From Veleropilina oligotropha (Eukaryota): DNA of 64,000 nucleotides. A program made the position numbers and the translations under genes. The DNA lies in contig JBEUKZ010000096.1 in the NCBI GenBank assembly GCA_048128005.1, forward strand, positions 682,001 to 746,000, read 5' to 3'. This document shows, in pieces, positions 37,339-50,633 of this stretch; the stretch's first letter is position 1; every line of letters starts with the position of its first letter. Under the pieces are notes generated by a model. It was not told the origin of the DNA and did no database searches. It was given only the letters and a program-made list of their open reading frames with translations.

Positions 37339-38714
37339 ACAAAAGTGATAGAAAAACAAACTTGCCAACCACAAACTTAATCATTTAACTTTGATTGCAT
37401 ATTATTTCATTGAAATATTATTTACTGACGCAATGCACTGTGATGCATTACAATGACATATAGATAGTAAATTGGGGCGTCATATATTCCATACGCGAAC
37501 TTGTTCACCAGCATAATGCATAATTCAAGCGACATTACAATTTTAATTATACATACATTTTAATACATTTTCTTAAAATTGTATGAATGAAATTATGCAT
37601 TTATACGACTTTAATAAGTTTTATATTATAATAATTTTATCAAATGTAACATATTTATATATTTTAAAATTTTCTTAAAAGTGTTATATACTGTTCAGTT
37701 ATTTTTAGAAATATTATTATCTTCACTATTTAGATGGATCAAATAAATAGGTTTTTGTGTGTTCATCCTCTTTTTCGGTCATGTTCCCTCTGGCAGAAAA
37801 TTTTATAGGTTTCATACCCGATTATTTGTCGGAGATTGCCGCATACCAACTGAAACGTAAACATCTTTTGACGTTGCCATGTCAAACGACGGTACAGTTC
37901 ATGTAATCCTAGGTCATAACTTTAAATTGGATTTGACAAGCGTAATGACAGGTGTTTGAATTCTTTTTAGCCGTACAATTGGAATGACACAGTTTGCATT
38001 TATACATGGATCATTGATGCAGGCGGAGTGTTTATCTTAGCGGCCAAGTTGCTTGTTGTTATCAAGTGCTTGCATTTAATTTTTCTCCAAGGTAAGTGCT
38101 TAGCTGTAAAACTGTATAGACCGGAGTAAAGATTGGTGAATTACGCGTATAAAAACTATAGATTAACCATTATAATGTGTCTTGCAAACATAAAAAATCT
38201 CTGATTAACAAAAGACAGCTATGCGTTACGTGGATTTGTATCTACTGTAATATAACAGTAATTTCACTGAAATTACATTATATAAATAATATAATATGTG
38301 GAGGTTGTAGAGGCCGCAAGTGTAATAACCGGCCCAAATGTAATAAAGGCCGCAAGCGTAAAAATATTTGGCCGCAAATGTAATAAAGGCCGCAAGCGTA
38401 ATAACATTTGACCGCAAATGTAATAAAAGTGATTTTGGGCAATTTTGTCAATCTGAAGGATATTAGATATTATTATTTTTTAAGGTGGGAACAATTTCCA
38501 TAAATGACGCTGATTGTCGGTCTGTTCTGTTTCGCATCAAAATCCAAGCCAACATTTTGAATTGAAAATGTAATAAAAGTGATTTTTGGCAATTTTGTCA
38601 ATCTGAAAGAGTAAATATTAAATATTATTTTTTTTAAGGTGGGAACAATTTTCATAAATGACGCTGATTGTCGGTCTGTTCTGTTTCGTATCCAAATCCA
38701 AGCCAACATTTTGA

Positions 38715-41556
38715 ATTGAAAATAGAAAGACCAGCACCCGAGTCGAAACAAATTCGCTACCGTAAACTCAAAGATGTCGACATTACCGAGTTCAAAACAG
38801 AATTGTGCATATCGTATTTCTACAATAAAAGGAAAGTAAACGATCGATGCTTAATGTCCTGTATATTTCCAACCATCATTTGGTTCAAAGCAGGGGGGAA
38901 AGCCCGGTCGCCCGGGTATACCCGCCCTCTCCGACCAGTTACGGACAACTGTGATTCATAATTTGAACAAATGTGTGCTGCCCCTGCCGAGGTTTGAACT
39001 CACTACTGTCCTGTATATTTCCAACCATCATTTGGTTCAAAGCAGGGGAAAAAGCCCGGTCTCCCGGTTAAACCCGCCCTCTCCGACCAGTTATGGACAA
39101 CTGTGATTCATAATTTGAACAAATGTCTGCTGCCCCTGCCGAGGTTTGAACTCACTATTGTTCGCGTCAGCAGAATGAAGTCAGTGATTTTCGAAGTCAA
39201 CATCCGATACCACTGTACTGTCGAAGCGGCCTCTTTCCACCAGATATGGACCTGTCACAGTTGGTCCATAAATATGACGATGATATTAAACACATCATTG
39301 ACAATCGTGCTCCAGAGATCACCAAAACAGTCATCATAAGACCAAATACACAATGGTACAATACCAACCTCCGCCAAGCTATTGTAATTCGACGACGCTT
39401 ATTAGAACAACGCTGGAATAAGTCTGGCAAACACACCGATTACGATGCATATAGGAACAGTGGAAGTTAATGAACCATCTGCTCACGGATGCTAAAACTG
39501 AAATATTCTAAAGAAAGTAATTAACTCCAAAGATGATCAAAAGAAGCTCTTTGATGTCACTAAAGATCTGTTACAATGGAATAAGTCAACTCCCTTGCCA
39601 ACTGATTATCAAGATGAATCACTTCCCACTATTGTTAGCGACCTCTTCTTAGATAAAATAATCAAAATCTGAAACACAATTTCGTTATCCCAAATGCAAT
39701 CAACCACAGATGAAATTTATGAAGCTTTAGATTCAAATTGTAATGACATTCAACTCTCGACGTTTGAACCGGCAACCAATGATGAAATTAAGTCGATCAT
39801 TATGAGGTCATCATCATCCACATGCGCACTCAATCCTCTACCATCATGGATGCTGAAAGCATGTTCAAATGAATTGTTGCAATTTTGACGCGGCTTTTCA
39901 ACATGTCATCATCCAATGCAGAAGTTCCAGAAAATGTCAAGAGCGCATTGGTAAAGCCCATACTGAAAAAGGCCAATTTGGATCAAAACAATTTGTAATA
40001 TTATCGACCGGTTTCTAATCTAAGTTTTGTTTCGAAACTTGTGGAACGTGTTGTAGAAATTCGATTAAACGCTCACTTGAAAAGTCACATGCTTTTGGAC
40101 AAAATACCAATCAGCGTATCGCATGTTTCACTCCACAGAAACAGCCCTTTAAAGGTCCAGAATGACATCCTTCAATCTCTACATCAGAAATCAATGGTTA
40201 CCCTCGCCTTGTTTGACCTTAGTGCAGCTTTCGATACAATAGACCACAAAATTCTGTTTAATCGCCTGAACTCCTACTTTATTATCAAGCAATCAGCGCT
40301 TACATGGATCAAGTCAGATCTACATGAGCGAAAATAAACCGTCATCATGAATGGCATGAAAAGAGACCCCGCGTCTCGCCCTTACGGTGTGTCACAAGGT
40401 TCCGTCTTAGGTCCGATTCTGTTTTCGATGAATGTCACGCCCGTAGCAGAGATTGCCTCCAAATTCAATCTGTCCTATCATTTCTACGCAGATGACAGTC
40501 AAATATATGTTGCATTTGATCCAAAAAGCACCCTCAAGGCAACCTAGACAGATTGGAGAGCTGTCTTTCAGAGATCAAACACTGGATGTGCACAAACATG
40601 CTGAAACTCAATGAGGATAAAACTGAGTTTACTACATTTGGCTCAAGAAATAATATCACAAAGGTACGAGATGTACACTTACAAGCTGGTGAAACAGAAA
40701 TAAACTCCATCGAATGTGTAAGAAATTTGGGTGCTTACTTTGACAACACTATGTCGATGGAGAAATTCGTCTCTGTTAAATGTTCATTATTCTTCCTAAG
40801 AAACATCAGACGCATCCGTCGTTTGTTAACACCAGATGCAACGAAGCATGCATAATATGTCATATCTCGCCTTGATTATCCCAACAGTTTACTTTTCGGA
40901 ATAAATTCGTCTCTGATAAGTTAAATGCTCATTATTCTTTCTAAGAAACATCAGACGCATCCGTCATATTTTAACACCAGAAGCACCGAAGTATGCATAT
41001 GTCATATCTCGTCTTGATTATTCCAACAGTTTACTTTTCGGAATAAATGCAAACCTAATTAACAGATTGCAGCAAGTTCAGAATGTCGCATCCATAGCAT
41101 TTATCGGCAATGCCCCAAAACTCTGAAACAAACTCCCATCTAAAGTAAAGGAAAGTACAACACAGACAGGTTTTCGGAAGACACCTATTTGCTGATGTAT
41201 ATGCCAACCTGATAAAGTCTAACTAACAATTCGAATTCAGCTGACATCGTAGTAATAGACGACAGTAATGACTGCTTCATATTCGTTTATTGTTATTGAT
41301 TATAGCATGCATCCTTTGTATCATTCAAAGTTGTTTGACGTTCATGCTGGTGGCTGCTTCACCCCTTTGTCTGATTGTGCTAGTAAAAAACAAAAATAAA
41401 ATAGAAATACTTAAAAAATCTTCTGTTTATTATTATTGCTTATTGTATTCATGGTTTGTATCATTGATGTTTCACCTTATACATTCTTATGTACTGTAAT
41501 AGTTTGTACTGCGTTTAGAGCTACACTAGAATAGGCGCATTTATAATAATAATAAA
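38715..41556 (+). pseudogene. Decayed L2-clade LINE (5'-truncated ORF2 + 3' UTR)
   Basis: YRKLKDVD, APEITKTVIIRPNTQWYN, DLSAAFDTIDH, YGVSQGSVLGP, YADDSQIY and LKLNEDKTE motifs with many stops. 3' tail gcgtttagag..aggcgcatt(ata)n. Confidence 0.9.
38844..39231 (-). mobile_element. SINE family A copy with internal tandem duplication, inserted in the L2
   Basis: A ~150-bp body segment is repeated (about 38856-39007 and 39007-39158). Confidence 0.85.
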
Positions 41557-42089
41557 GAATATCAAATTAGGAAAAATAAATGAACTTGGCCAAATCGATC
41601 ACCAACACCGCCGATATAAACCAGCAGAATAATGATGACGAAGATAAATTAAAGTTTAACGACCACGCCAACAGTATTGTAGTCATAAATCGGGCCAATC
41701 CACTTTGAATTGTGAACTGAGTTGGTGCTAAATGTAATGGAGACAGCGATGAAAAATCCCCGGCGAATTGTAGAAGAAAGGTTTGACAGAGAACGTCGAA
41801 ATTTATGTAAGCATATTAATACTTCATTGTTTATACTCTGACATACTATATCATCACAAGAGATCTCGAAAAATTCATTCACCTCCTAAGAATGACCAAA
41901 CGGCTAAAAGAAATCACTTGAACTACATTGCGGTCAAATGCTATTACGTTTGCGGACTTTATTTGTTTAGGCCGGAATAGGATGATGAATTGATGTTTAA
42001 CGAACACGCCAACAGTATTTCAGTTATAAATTGGGTCAATTAACTTTGATGAATGAATTGGTGCTGTGTGCAATGAAGGCAGCTATGCA

Positions 42090-43740
42090 GGGTAGGTGCA
42101 GATACTTGGGTTGGCGGGGAGAATATTCCATTCCGTCGCTGTCCATGGCAAGAAGGAGTTCACCAATATCTGATCTGTAATACGCTCCTGGAAAGGCCTT
42201 CGTACGCGCGTCGCCGCTTTGGGGGAACTTGTCTACGTTGATGTCTACAAGGTTGTTGCGGATCTTGTACATCATGGAGAGCCGGCCGTGTTCGAGGGTC
42301 TCTCAATTAAGACAAGCGGCCGCTCTACGCTGAACCTGCTCAATGTCTTTGGCGTGCTTTTGTTAATGCGAGTCACAGAAAGTGGCAGCATTCTATAGTT
42401 GTGGTCGGACCATGGGCTTTTGGGAAGCTTCCTTGACAGGCGGCGTGTATTCCCTTAGGTGTTTACGTATAAATCCCAGAGTCCGATTGGCCTTGCTTGT
42501 GATGTTGCCTATGTGTTTCTCCAAGGTGAGGCTTTCAGTGATGGTGGCTCGCAGGTATTTGCTTGTGTCAATCACACCTAGGGTGTGGTCATGGTGACTG
42601 TATTTGGTGTCTATGATATTTCGACATCGAGGGACGTGAGAGACATTGTAAAAGGCTTAGGCAAAATCCAGTAGAATCTACTTGCTTCCCATTGGCTGTA
42701 TTAGAGGCGATTTCTTGGATGGTGGTATGAAGTCGAGACTCGCACGAGCGTCGCTTAATGAAGCCATCCTGGTTGTTGCACAGAACAAAGTGCTGCATGA
42801 CATTGCTATGCATCATGTGCCCCAATAGCTTGCACGTTATCAAGGTCAAGGACACTGGTGACGGGTCTGCAGTTGGATGTTTGGTGTCGGTATAGTGGGT
42901 TTCTTGCATAGTGGGGCTAACGAGGCCTCCCATCAGTCTTGAGGCACTTCTCCTAGGTTGAGGGATAGCTGGAACAAGTTTGCTTGGGCGGGGATAGTTC
43001 CGTAGCAGCTGATTTAAGATCAACTGTGATGTTTGGCATTGATAGTATGTTGCTCTGTCCCATGTATTGAATGTTGGTGGTATTTTCACGGGTGAAAGCA
43101 GAGTAAAATTTCTCGTTGGGAATGTTAGCTCTCGCCTCATTGCCGCTTTGGAGGTAACCATCCTTTTTCTTCAGCGGCGTACCACCAGTGACTTCCTGTC
43201 CGCTGCTTTTGATGAAGGCCCATAACTTCTTGGAGTCGTCTTTGAAGTCGTGACTCACAGTGTCCACCAGGTACTTCTTGTTGGCCTTGCAAATCCGATA
43301 TTGCTCCACCTTCTGTAGTCTCTTGTACTTGGCAAGGTCCCGTTTCTGATTGTATTTTCATTTTAGAAGGGAGCCTCTTTTCAATTGTTGTGTATTTGTG
43401 ACTTGAATCTAGCCCAAGAGTCTTCTTTGGAGGAATCATTCAGGTCGACTATATTCGCCAGGTCGGATAAATCATCTCTGATGCCTTGGGTGTCTGCTTT
43501 CATATGAATTGGGCGCCTCGCAGTGATGGTATTACCAAACAGAACAATATCATGATCACTGTTGCCAATCGGGGGCATGGGCTTACATCGTTGGTTGAAG
43601 CTGGGGTGAGTTGTTAAAATGATATCCAGGGTATTGTTTTCTTGTGGGGAAGTCGCTGATTTATTCAAAACTGTGACCCGATACCATATCCAGGAATGAT
43701 TGGTTGACTGTAGATGGGTATTGGTTTCAGACTAACATTT
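42090..43740 (-). pseudogene. Decayed CR1/L2-group LINE ORF2
   Basis: TLDIILTTHP, SDHDIV, GFIKRRSCESRL, KANRTLGFIRK and MMYKIRNNLVDI fragments in order on the minus strand. Confidence 0.85.
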
Positions 43741-44914
43741 TACCACCTTATGCAACCATGTATCTAGGCCTACGTGCTAAGCATAGTAAATTGTTGCACA
43801 CTTCATTGGGAGTCTGCATTTAATAGAACCAGATATACAGAATTGGAAAGATATATTAATTTGTTAATTTTGAATAAAAATAAAATGCGTATTGAAATTA
43901 ATGCGTCCCACTGCATGGTAGGCGCATTTTTGGCATTAATTTCTACCACCGTATACCGTATATAAGATGTTTTCAAAAAGCGGAGACTTCGCGAACTTAT
44001 CAATCACAGTGACCCATATAACGGGCGGTCACCGATACCAAAAATGATGAAGTCAATTGGAGAGATTCCATGTATATGTAGTGAGCTACGTCGTCATTGC
44101 TAAGAGAATGGTCGTTTATTATATGGGGTGGTGGGTGGGGTGGAAACGGTGGATGGGTCATGAATAATGACACAGGCTTTAGGGGTGGGTTATGAAAATA
44201 AAACACAGTGTTTGGGGTGGGTCATGAAAAAATTGTACACCTTTTTGTAATACTCAGAATGCAGGAGACCGTTTTTCGCACCGTTATAAATTGTTGAATG
44301 TTTCTACGCGGGGGTAGCTGATCACAAATGGTGAAGGTTGGAGTCTACCCATTTTCCAAATGAAGGATTTCGGCTTGGGTAATGAGAAAAAAGCGTTTGG
44401 TGGTGTGTCATGAAAAACTGGACAGCCTTTTGTAAAACTCGTACGGTTAGGTGAAAATGATTCATAATTGTTGGGAAAAAATACAACATTTGCATTCTTA
44501 GAATGTAAGAGAGGGGTTTTCACACCGTTAATTGTCCAAACTTTCCTCAGTGTGAGGTAAATTTCAAAATAACACCGGCTTTAGGGGTGGGTGAAAACAT
44601 TTTGCGGTGGTGTTATGTAAAAATTACACAACGTATTGTAATAATCAAGTTTGGTGATAATGATTCTTATGATATTAGAGATAACAAATACCACGTTTGC
44701 ACTCTCAGGATATACAGTAGAGTGTATTTAACACTGTTAATTGTCCAAATTGTCCTCCGAACAGTACATAAGAAATTGTAACGGTTGAACCCTATCCTTT
44801 TTCAAAATAACACACCTTAGGGGTAGGTCATGAAAAAAATGTTTGGTTGTATGTCATGAAATACTCACACTACGTTTTCTAATACTCATACAGTTTGTTG
44901 AAAATGGTTCATAA

Positions 44915-46825
44915 ATAGATGATCTCATATGAGTGGTAATGTAATATCACATTTATGAAACGAGTTTAACTAATTTTCATATTTTCCGAGGCTTCATAAA
45001 TGTGATATTACATTACCACGAGTGTGAGGTTCTATTTATCACATATTGCTCTTTGGTAGGAAACAAACTACAAACTCACGAAATTGCTTTACCGGTACGA
45101 AGAATCAGCAAAGCGACATTACGGCGTAGTGATATGTAAACAGTTTAATGCAAAAGAACATCGTGTTGACTAATTACATAAATTAGTAACAATTCCGTCT
45201 AAAAAGAGTGCGAAAGTAGTTGATTAATTAAGTTAACTAATAAATATTCTTTGAAAATGAACCGATATAACTTTATATAAACTATATGAACATATTAGAA
45301 TAACAATTTTCATTAAGATTTAAAGCTATCTGCCAAAAACAGTAACGCCGACCGGTTTGAATCTGTCGTTTGACGTCTGCTATCGCGGAGCCGCGTACCT
45401 GCATAAATGTGATTGTTGTGTCTGCAATCTCGTTACCTCGAAATCAGTTCCAATAATATCTACCATGTTGTTGTTTTGTGGCCGTTGTTATAAATGTTTC
45501 CACTATAGCCGCCATAATGTCAACACTAAAAATATTGACGGCAATATGACATTATAGTAAATAATACGTAGTAAAACAAAGAAGTGCGCTCGACCTTTAA
45601 TGACAGGCAATTCTGTTGGCTGTTCTAATTTCATTCATTAAATCATCCAATCGCATTTCGTTATGGCTTTTGACACACGTGTCTTACGACGAATAATACA
45701 TGGTGTTGCACTATGGGAAAATGACCAAGGCATGTGATAAAGAGGGGATCTCACATGAGTGGTCATTTAATATCACATTTATGAAACTAGTTAACTAATT
45801 TTCATATTTTCCGAGGTTTCACAGAGGAAAATATGAAAAGTAGTTAACGAGTTTCATAAATGTGATATTAAATGACCACGAATGTGAGATTCTTTTTATC
45901 ATATATCTGAAAGTTATAAGGAAACAAGCTGTATAACGTTGCTTTTAATTTTGTTGACTCCTTCTAACATACCATAATTATGCGGCGTAGTAATATTGCA
46001 GAAGGTGAAATTTGTATATATGACACAGTGGCATTGTGTGTGAAAAATAATCCCGTTATTACTCACTCTATAAATTATAAGGGCAACAAATGTTGTTATG
46101 AAAAGAACAAATGTCGCTTTATCAATATTATACTATTCCAACAAGCTCTATTCAAAGAACAGGAATTGCGTGTCGCGCGTGACTAATGTATGTCGATTTC
46201 ACATTATATCGAATAAGAGGTTGGCACAATTTGTCGTCTACTGTCTACGAGGATACATTTGGTTACATATAATTATAAAGCATCAGAACAATAACAAAAT
46301 GGTCGGCTTTGTATATGTTAACAATTATAAACACGTTTCCAGAATAATTTTGTAAAAATTCAACGTTAATATGTTAATATCGTTCGAATCGAAGCAAATA
46401 TGGCGGTATAATGACTGAAATGTACACCAATCACATTGTATAGCAGAAACTAAATTGCAAACTTGGCCTACTACGTTGTATTTTGTATGCAATGACTATC
46501 GGAAGTTAAACGATCTTACCTGGATGACTGCACTTAATATTTCAACTAAATATTGGTCGTTAGTTGCAGCATTTTCCCTTGACCGTGGCCATGTTTTTTC
46601 TTATCAATTAAATCGCATATCGCCGAAATCGCATGGTAGAAAAAAGTCCGATACACTGTAAATGACCTTGTATGACCCGCTCTGTCATTGGATGTTATTC
46701 TGTTTCATTGATAAAAATGTCCAATCAAAATTACAAAAGAGAGTCGATAGTACACTCTTAGGAGTGTAATATCGATTTTAATACACACTTTGGCGCTATG
46801 TAAAAAGACCCGGATATATGATAAT
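44915..46825. repeat. Hairpin-bearing repeat units (probably Crypton-type non-autonomous)
   Basis: A near-identical fold-back block atctca.atgagtgg..atatcacatttatgaaac ... ttcataaatgtgatatt occurs at 44915-45045 and 45745-45905. Similar architecture at 57200-57720. Confidence 0.5.
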
Positions 46826-47330
46826 ATTTTATCTTACTTTCTATTAAAATACTCGATTTTCATTGGTTGTTTGTCCGTTGACAATCCTCGGTGTGCACGG
46901 GATTAGACGGTTTACAACTGAAAACAATGGCGGCATTGTACACCGTGTGATTTTTAAGCTTATCTTAATGACGTTTTCGGTCGATTACGTGATATAGGGG
47001 AGATAATCAAGCCCGACTAAAATTAAGATTTGTTTTACAAATGGCATATCTAATCGATTTGGCAATAACACACAAGACGATATAACCAAGAAGAAGGAAA
47101 ACATTATTCCGAGGAATACAAAGAAATCCAACACATGTGCAGTAGTTTTATTTAGAGAATATCTACAGGAAAAAATTACACACGGATTTCGAAAAGTTCG
47201 ATAACGTAAGGCTAGCGGATATACTGTGACACTTTTACGTTGATTTAAGGACAATATTCAGACCATTTATTTCATTTGAAAGTAAGATAAAATCGTTGTC
47301 TTCCGATCACTCGCATTATTCATTCAACGC
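46826..47330 (+). mobile_element. Crypton-like remnant with a tyrosine-recombinase-protein N-terminal fragment
   Basis: Inverted pair attttatcttactttc / gaaagtaagataaaat. About 47049-47180 translates SNRFGNNTQDDITKKKENIIPRNTKKSNTCAVVLFREYLQEK. Confidence 0.55.
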
Positions 47331-48756
47331 TTCTGTTCCAAAAGACTAGATTCTCCTGGATGGAAGACCTTGTCAAGCTTAAGAAATTTGTTCGAGTACA
47401 GAAAGTACATTACTGCTCCCCATATAAAGTAAAACCCATTGTATTTGCCTGGTGATATATAACCCGCTCTGCATTTTCAGGTGCTCATCTATGCGTTTTT
47501 AAATTGGGTTAACTCACATGTCCATTGTATTGCATTTCTATGTAGATATTATTCCACTTTTCTACAACTAAATTTGAAAAAAAAAATTTCAGTGTATAGG
47601 CTTGATCTTATTTTGGTAAACATTACATTTATGCTCCCCTGGTGTAGTTTTGATTCAACTGACAAAAACTATTCACTATCAATATGTTCTATGAATGCCT
47701 AAATAACATCACATCTTGTCTTTCACAAAGACATCGTGACAATGCCACAGTATCCTATTGTATGGGATTTGAAATGATTACTTTATGTCTCTTCTTCTTT
47801 TGGTTCACGTAGGCCTTCCTTGACAAGCATTCAATTGACCCACTGTACATAATGATAAAGTTATTTTCATGAACAAAATAACTAAAATAAGCAAACAAAA
47901 TCTTCACAAATGCTATGAACTCGCGGATTTCTTCACGCTTATTTGGTATAAATGACGTCATGTGGAGTAATAATATTTCGTCTCGTGTGATGTTTTCAAA
48001 GCTCAAGTGATAAACGTCGGTATCATATTCGCCACCACAGGATAACGTTGTTATTTGTTATGTCAGTCAATATTAAACTATCGCTAACAATATGAACAAC
48101 GGCAACCTTGCTTAATGATGTAAATTATATCACGGCGTTATGCGACGTTCACACAGTGCCGATTAGGGCTCCCGTTTGAGATCAGACAGCGTTACGACAC
48201 GAAAAGTGAAAAAGTCGGATTACTATCCTCAATGATCTGGAATGTCCTATCATTGTCTGAACGCAGTCGTATACGTTCGTACAATAGTCTTACGGGTCGG
48301 GAATGGTCCGGAGGGGTCGGCCAAGCACTCCCGACAGTTAGGTGCGTCCCGTAACATTCGGTAAACTCAACCGATTTTGTATAGTCGGATTACAATCGTG
48401 ACTACTGCGTTGTCTGGACGGTGTCATGTGGATCGGGACGCTGTCGTGATTAACGGGCATGATCTGGATAAATTTTTCATTGCCGTTTCTTGCCGATTGA
48501 GTCCAGATTGCGTCCAGATATTGCCGAATCAGTTCCGGAACTGTCCAGTAATTAATACGAAATTCGGCAATAATACCCACGTCAGAGTCCCGACAATTAC
48601 AGAACACGATACGACTGAGTCCAGACAAAGCCGTTTGCAATGCGGTACAGCAGACTGTGCTATGATTGCGCTCCGACAGTGTCCCGATCATCCCCAATAT
48701 AGCGACAGTTGTAGGATTCCAGATGCGTCGATTTCCAGTACTTTGACCGGTCCACC

Positions 48757-49650
48757 ATGAATGCTGCTCGTAGGCTGAGACTTCTGAAGCAGGTTTCTCT
48801 CATGGAAATGGAAGAAGAAGAAGAAGACCTTATGTTTGCCAATTATTATTTGAACAGAAGGGCACTGCGACCCGGTAGAAATAGAAAATACTGGGTCAAG
48901 CCCTGGATATACAGAAGGGAGCAGCTCGGCCAGTATGACATTGATGAGGAAGCTGAGAGAAGAAGATCCAGAAGCTTTCATCAACTTCATGAGGCTGCCC
49001 ATGGAACTGTACGATGAAGTCCTGGCTTGAATCACACCCCGCATCACCAAACAAGATACTGGTGGAGGCAAGCCCTTGATACACGACTGAAGTTTGCCTG
49101 TACCATGAGGCATCTGTCATCCGGCGACAGTTACAGCAACATAAAGTGGGACTTCAAGGTTCCCAGTAACACCATGTCAATGTTTGTCCCTGAAGTCTAC
49201 CAAGCCATCATTGATGAGTACCCTGCAGAGGTAATCGCTTGCCCCACTACCCCAACGGAGTGGAAGGAAATCGCAAATGAATTTCTCCGCAGATGGAACT
49301 TACCACATGCGTGCGATGCATTGGACGGAAAGCACGTTGCGTGCAAGTGCCCACCAAATACCGGATCTACCTATCATAACTACGAGGGCTTCTTTTCCAT
49401 AGTCCTGATGGCCGTCGTAGATGCGGACTATAAATTTATCTGGCTTGATGTTGGGCCAGATGGAGCAGCTTCAGACGCACAAATATACAACGAGTGTGAG
49501 CTGAAAGAAGTCCTGCAGAACAAGACCATTAACTTTCCTGATCCTGAGCCACTTCCTGGAGATGACAGAAATATGCCATACTTCTTTGTTGCTGACAATG
49601 CATTTCAACTGAGAACTGACATGATGAAGCCTTTTCCTTTCCGTAACATG
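48757..49650 (+). pseudogene. Harbinger/ALP1-like DDE transposase pseudogene (frameshifted, C-terminally truncated)
   Basis: YWVKPW, RHLSSGDSY, ALDGKHV, FFSIVLMAVVDADYKF, SDAQIY and VADNAF motifs. The segment carrying the third catalytic Glu is absent. Confidence 0.92.
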
Positions 49651-49840
49651 AGTGGACTTGCTGGACTTCTTCAATTGGCTCACCATCACCACCAGACTCT
49701 TCAGCAGATGAATACATAGGAGAAATAGAAATAGGCTTCCTTTTCCTTGGTTGTCTTGCAGCTTTCTTCTTGGCAGGCACAAGCTTATTCTTAGCAGGCA
49801 AATTGAAGTAACTTAATCCTTATAAAGATGAAATTATATA

Positions 49841-50290
49841 ATTGTATCCCCGAAATTTAACATTTCGGGGATAGTATGGTTTAGGCATCCTTCAGCCGCC
49901 GCAGAGATTTCTTGTGTGCGCTCTACAGTGAACGGTTCTAATCCGATTTTATTCAAATTTGGTATGCACGTCAGCTATGTTGAGGACACGCCACCTAACG
50001 ATTTTCGTCGTTTTCTGATACAAGATGGCCGCCATGGTGACCATTTTGTTTGACGACATTTCTTGTGCTCGCTCTACAGTGAAAAGTTATTTTTCGATTT
50101 GATTCATATTTGGTATGCGCTTCAGTTGTGATGAGGACATGCAGACTAAATATTTTCGTCGTTTTGTATCCAAGATGGCCGCCTTGGCGGTCATTTTGGT
50201 TGATTAGATTTCTTGTGCGCGCTGCACAGTGAAAAGTTACTATCCGATTTGATACAAATTTGGTATCCATGTGAGTTATGATGAGGATAT
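49841..50290 (+). mobile_element. HINE-type element (3'-truncated) inside the Harbinger
   Basis: tatccccgaaat..atttcggggata hairpin, gccgccgc tract, three ~150-bp units (near 49905, 50058, 50206). Confidence 0.7.
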
Positions 50291-50633
50291 GGTTGTCTTC
50301 CGTCAGCGTCGGTTCACTGTCGGGTCATTGTCTGGTCTCTGTCGGATCGCATTCTGGAGAATCTGGACGCTGTCGGGACAGATTCAGTCGTTTTTTACCA
50401 TGCGAAAGATACAAATCGGATCAGAATCGGATTGACAACGGGAGAATCGGGACGAGATCGGCTGGAAACGGCTGAATCGGGACGCTTCCTGAACAATATC
50501 TGATTGTTGTCGTGATTAAATGAATGTTTTTACAAATTTTTATAAAGTCGCCATGAATCACAGGATCTCGAGCAGACTTTTGACAAATTTTAATCGGCAA
50601 TGCTCCTATCAATGACGTGTGACTAAGGCTTTA

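Larger units (their letters stand above)
38305..41976. mobile_element. TIR element with (ggccgcaaatgtaataa) terminal arrays hosting an L2 insertion
   Basis: The tandem motif at 38305-38430 has a reverse-complement counterpart at 41925-41976. A ~150-bp direct duplication lies at 38419-38722. Confidence 0.55.
48141..50630 (+). mobile_element. PIF/Harbinger transposon, internally deleted
   Basis: TTA on both flanks, imperfect ..tcacac / gtgtga.. TIRs, transposase remnant inside. Confidence 0.8.

Noticed and set aside
48757..49719. Domesticated HARBI1/ALP1 host gene
   Set aside because: It is frameshifted, truncated, intronless and still bounded by TIRs and TTA duplications.
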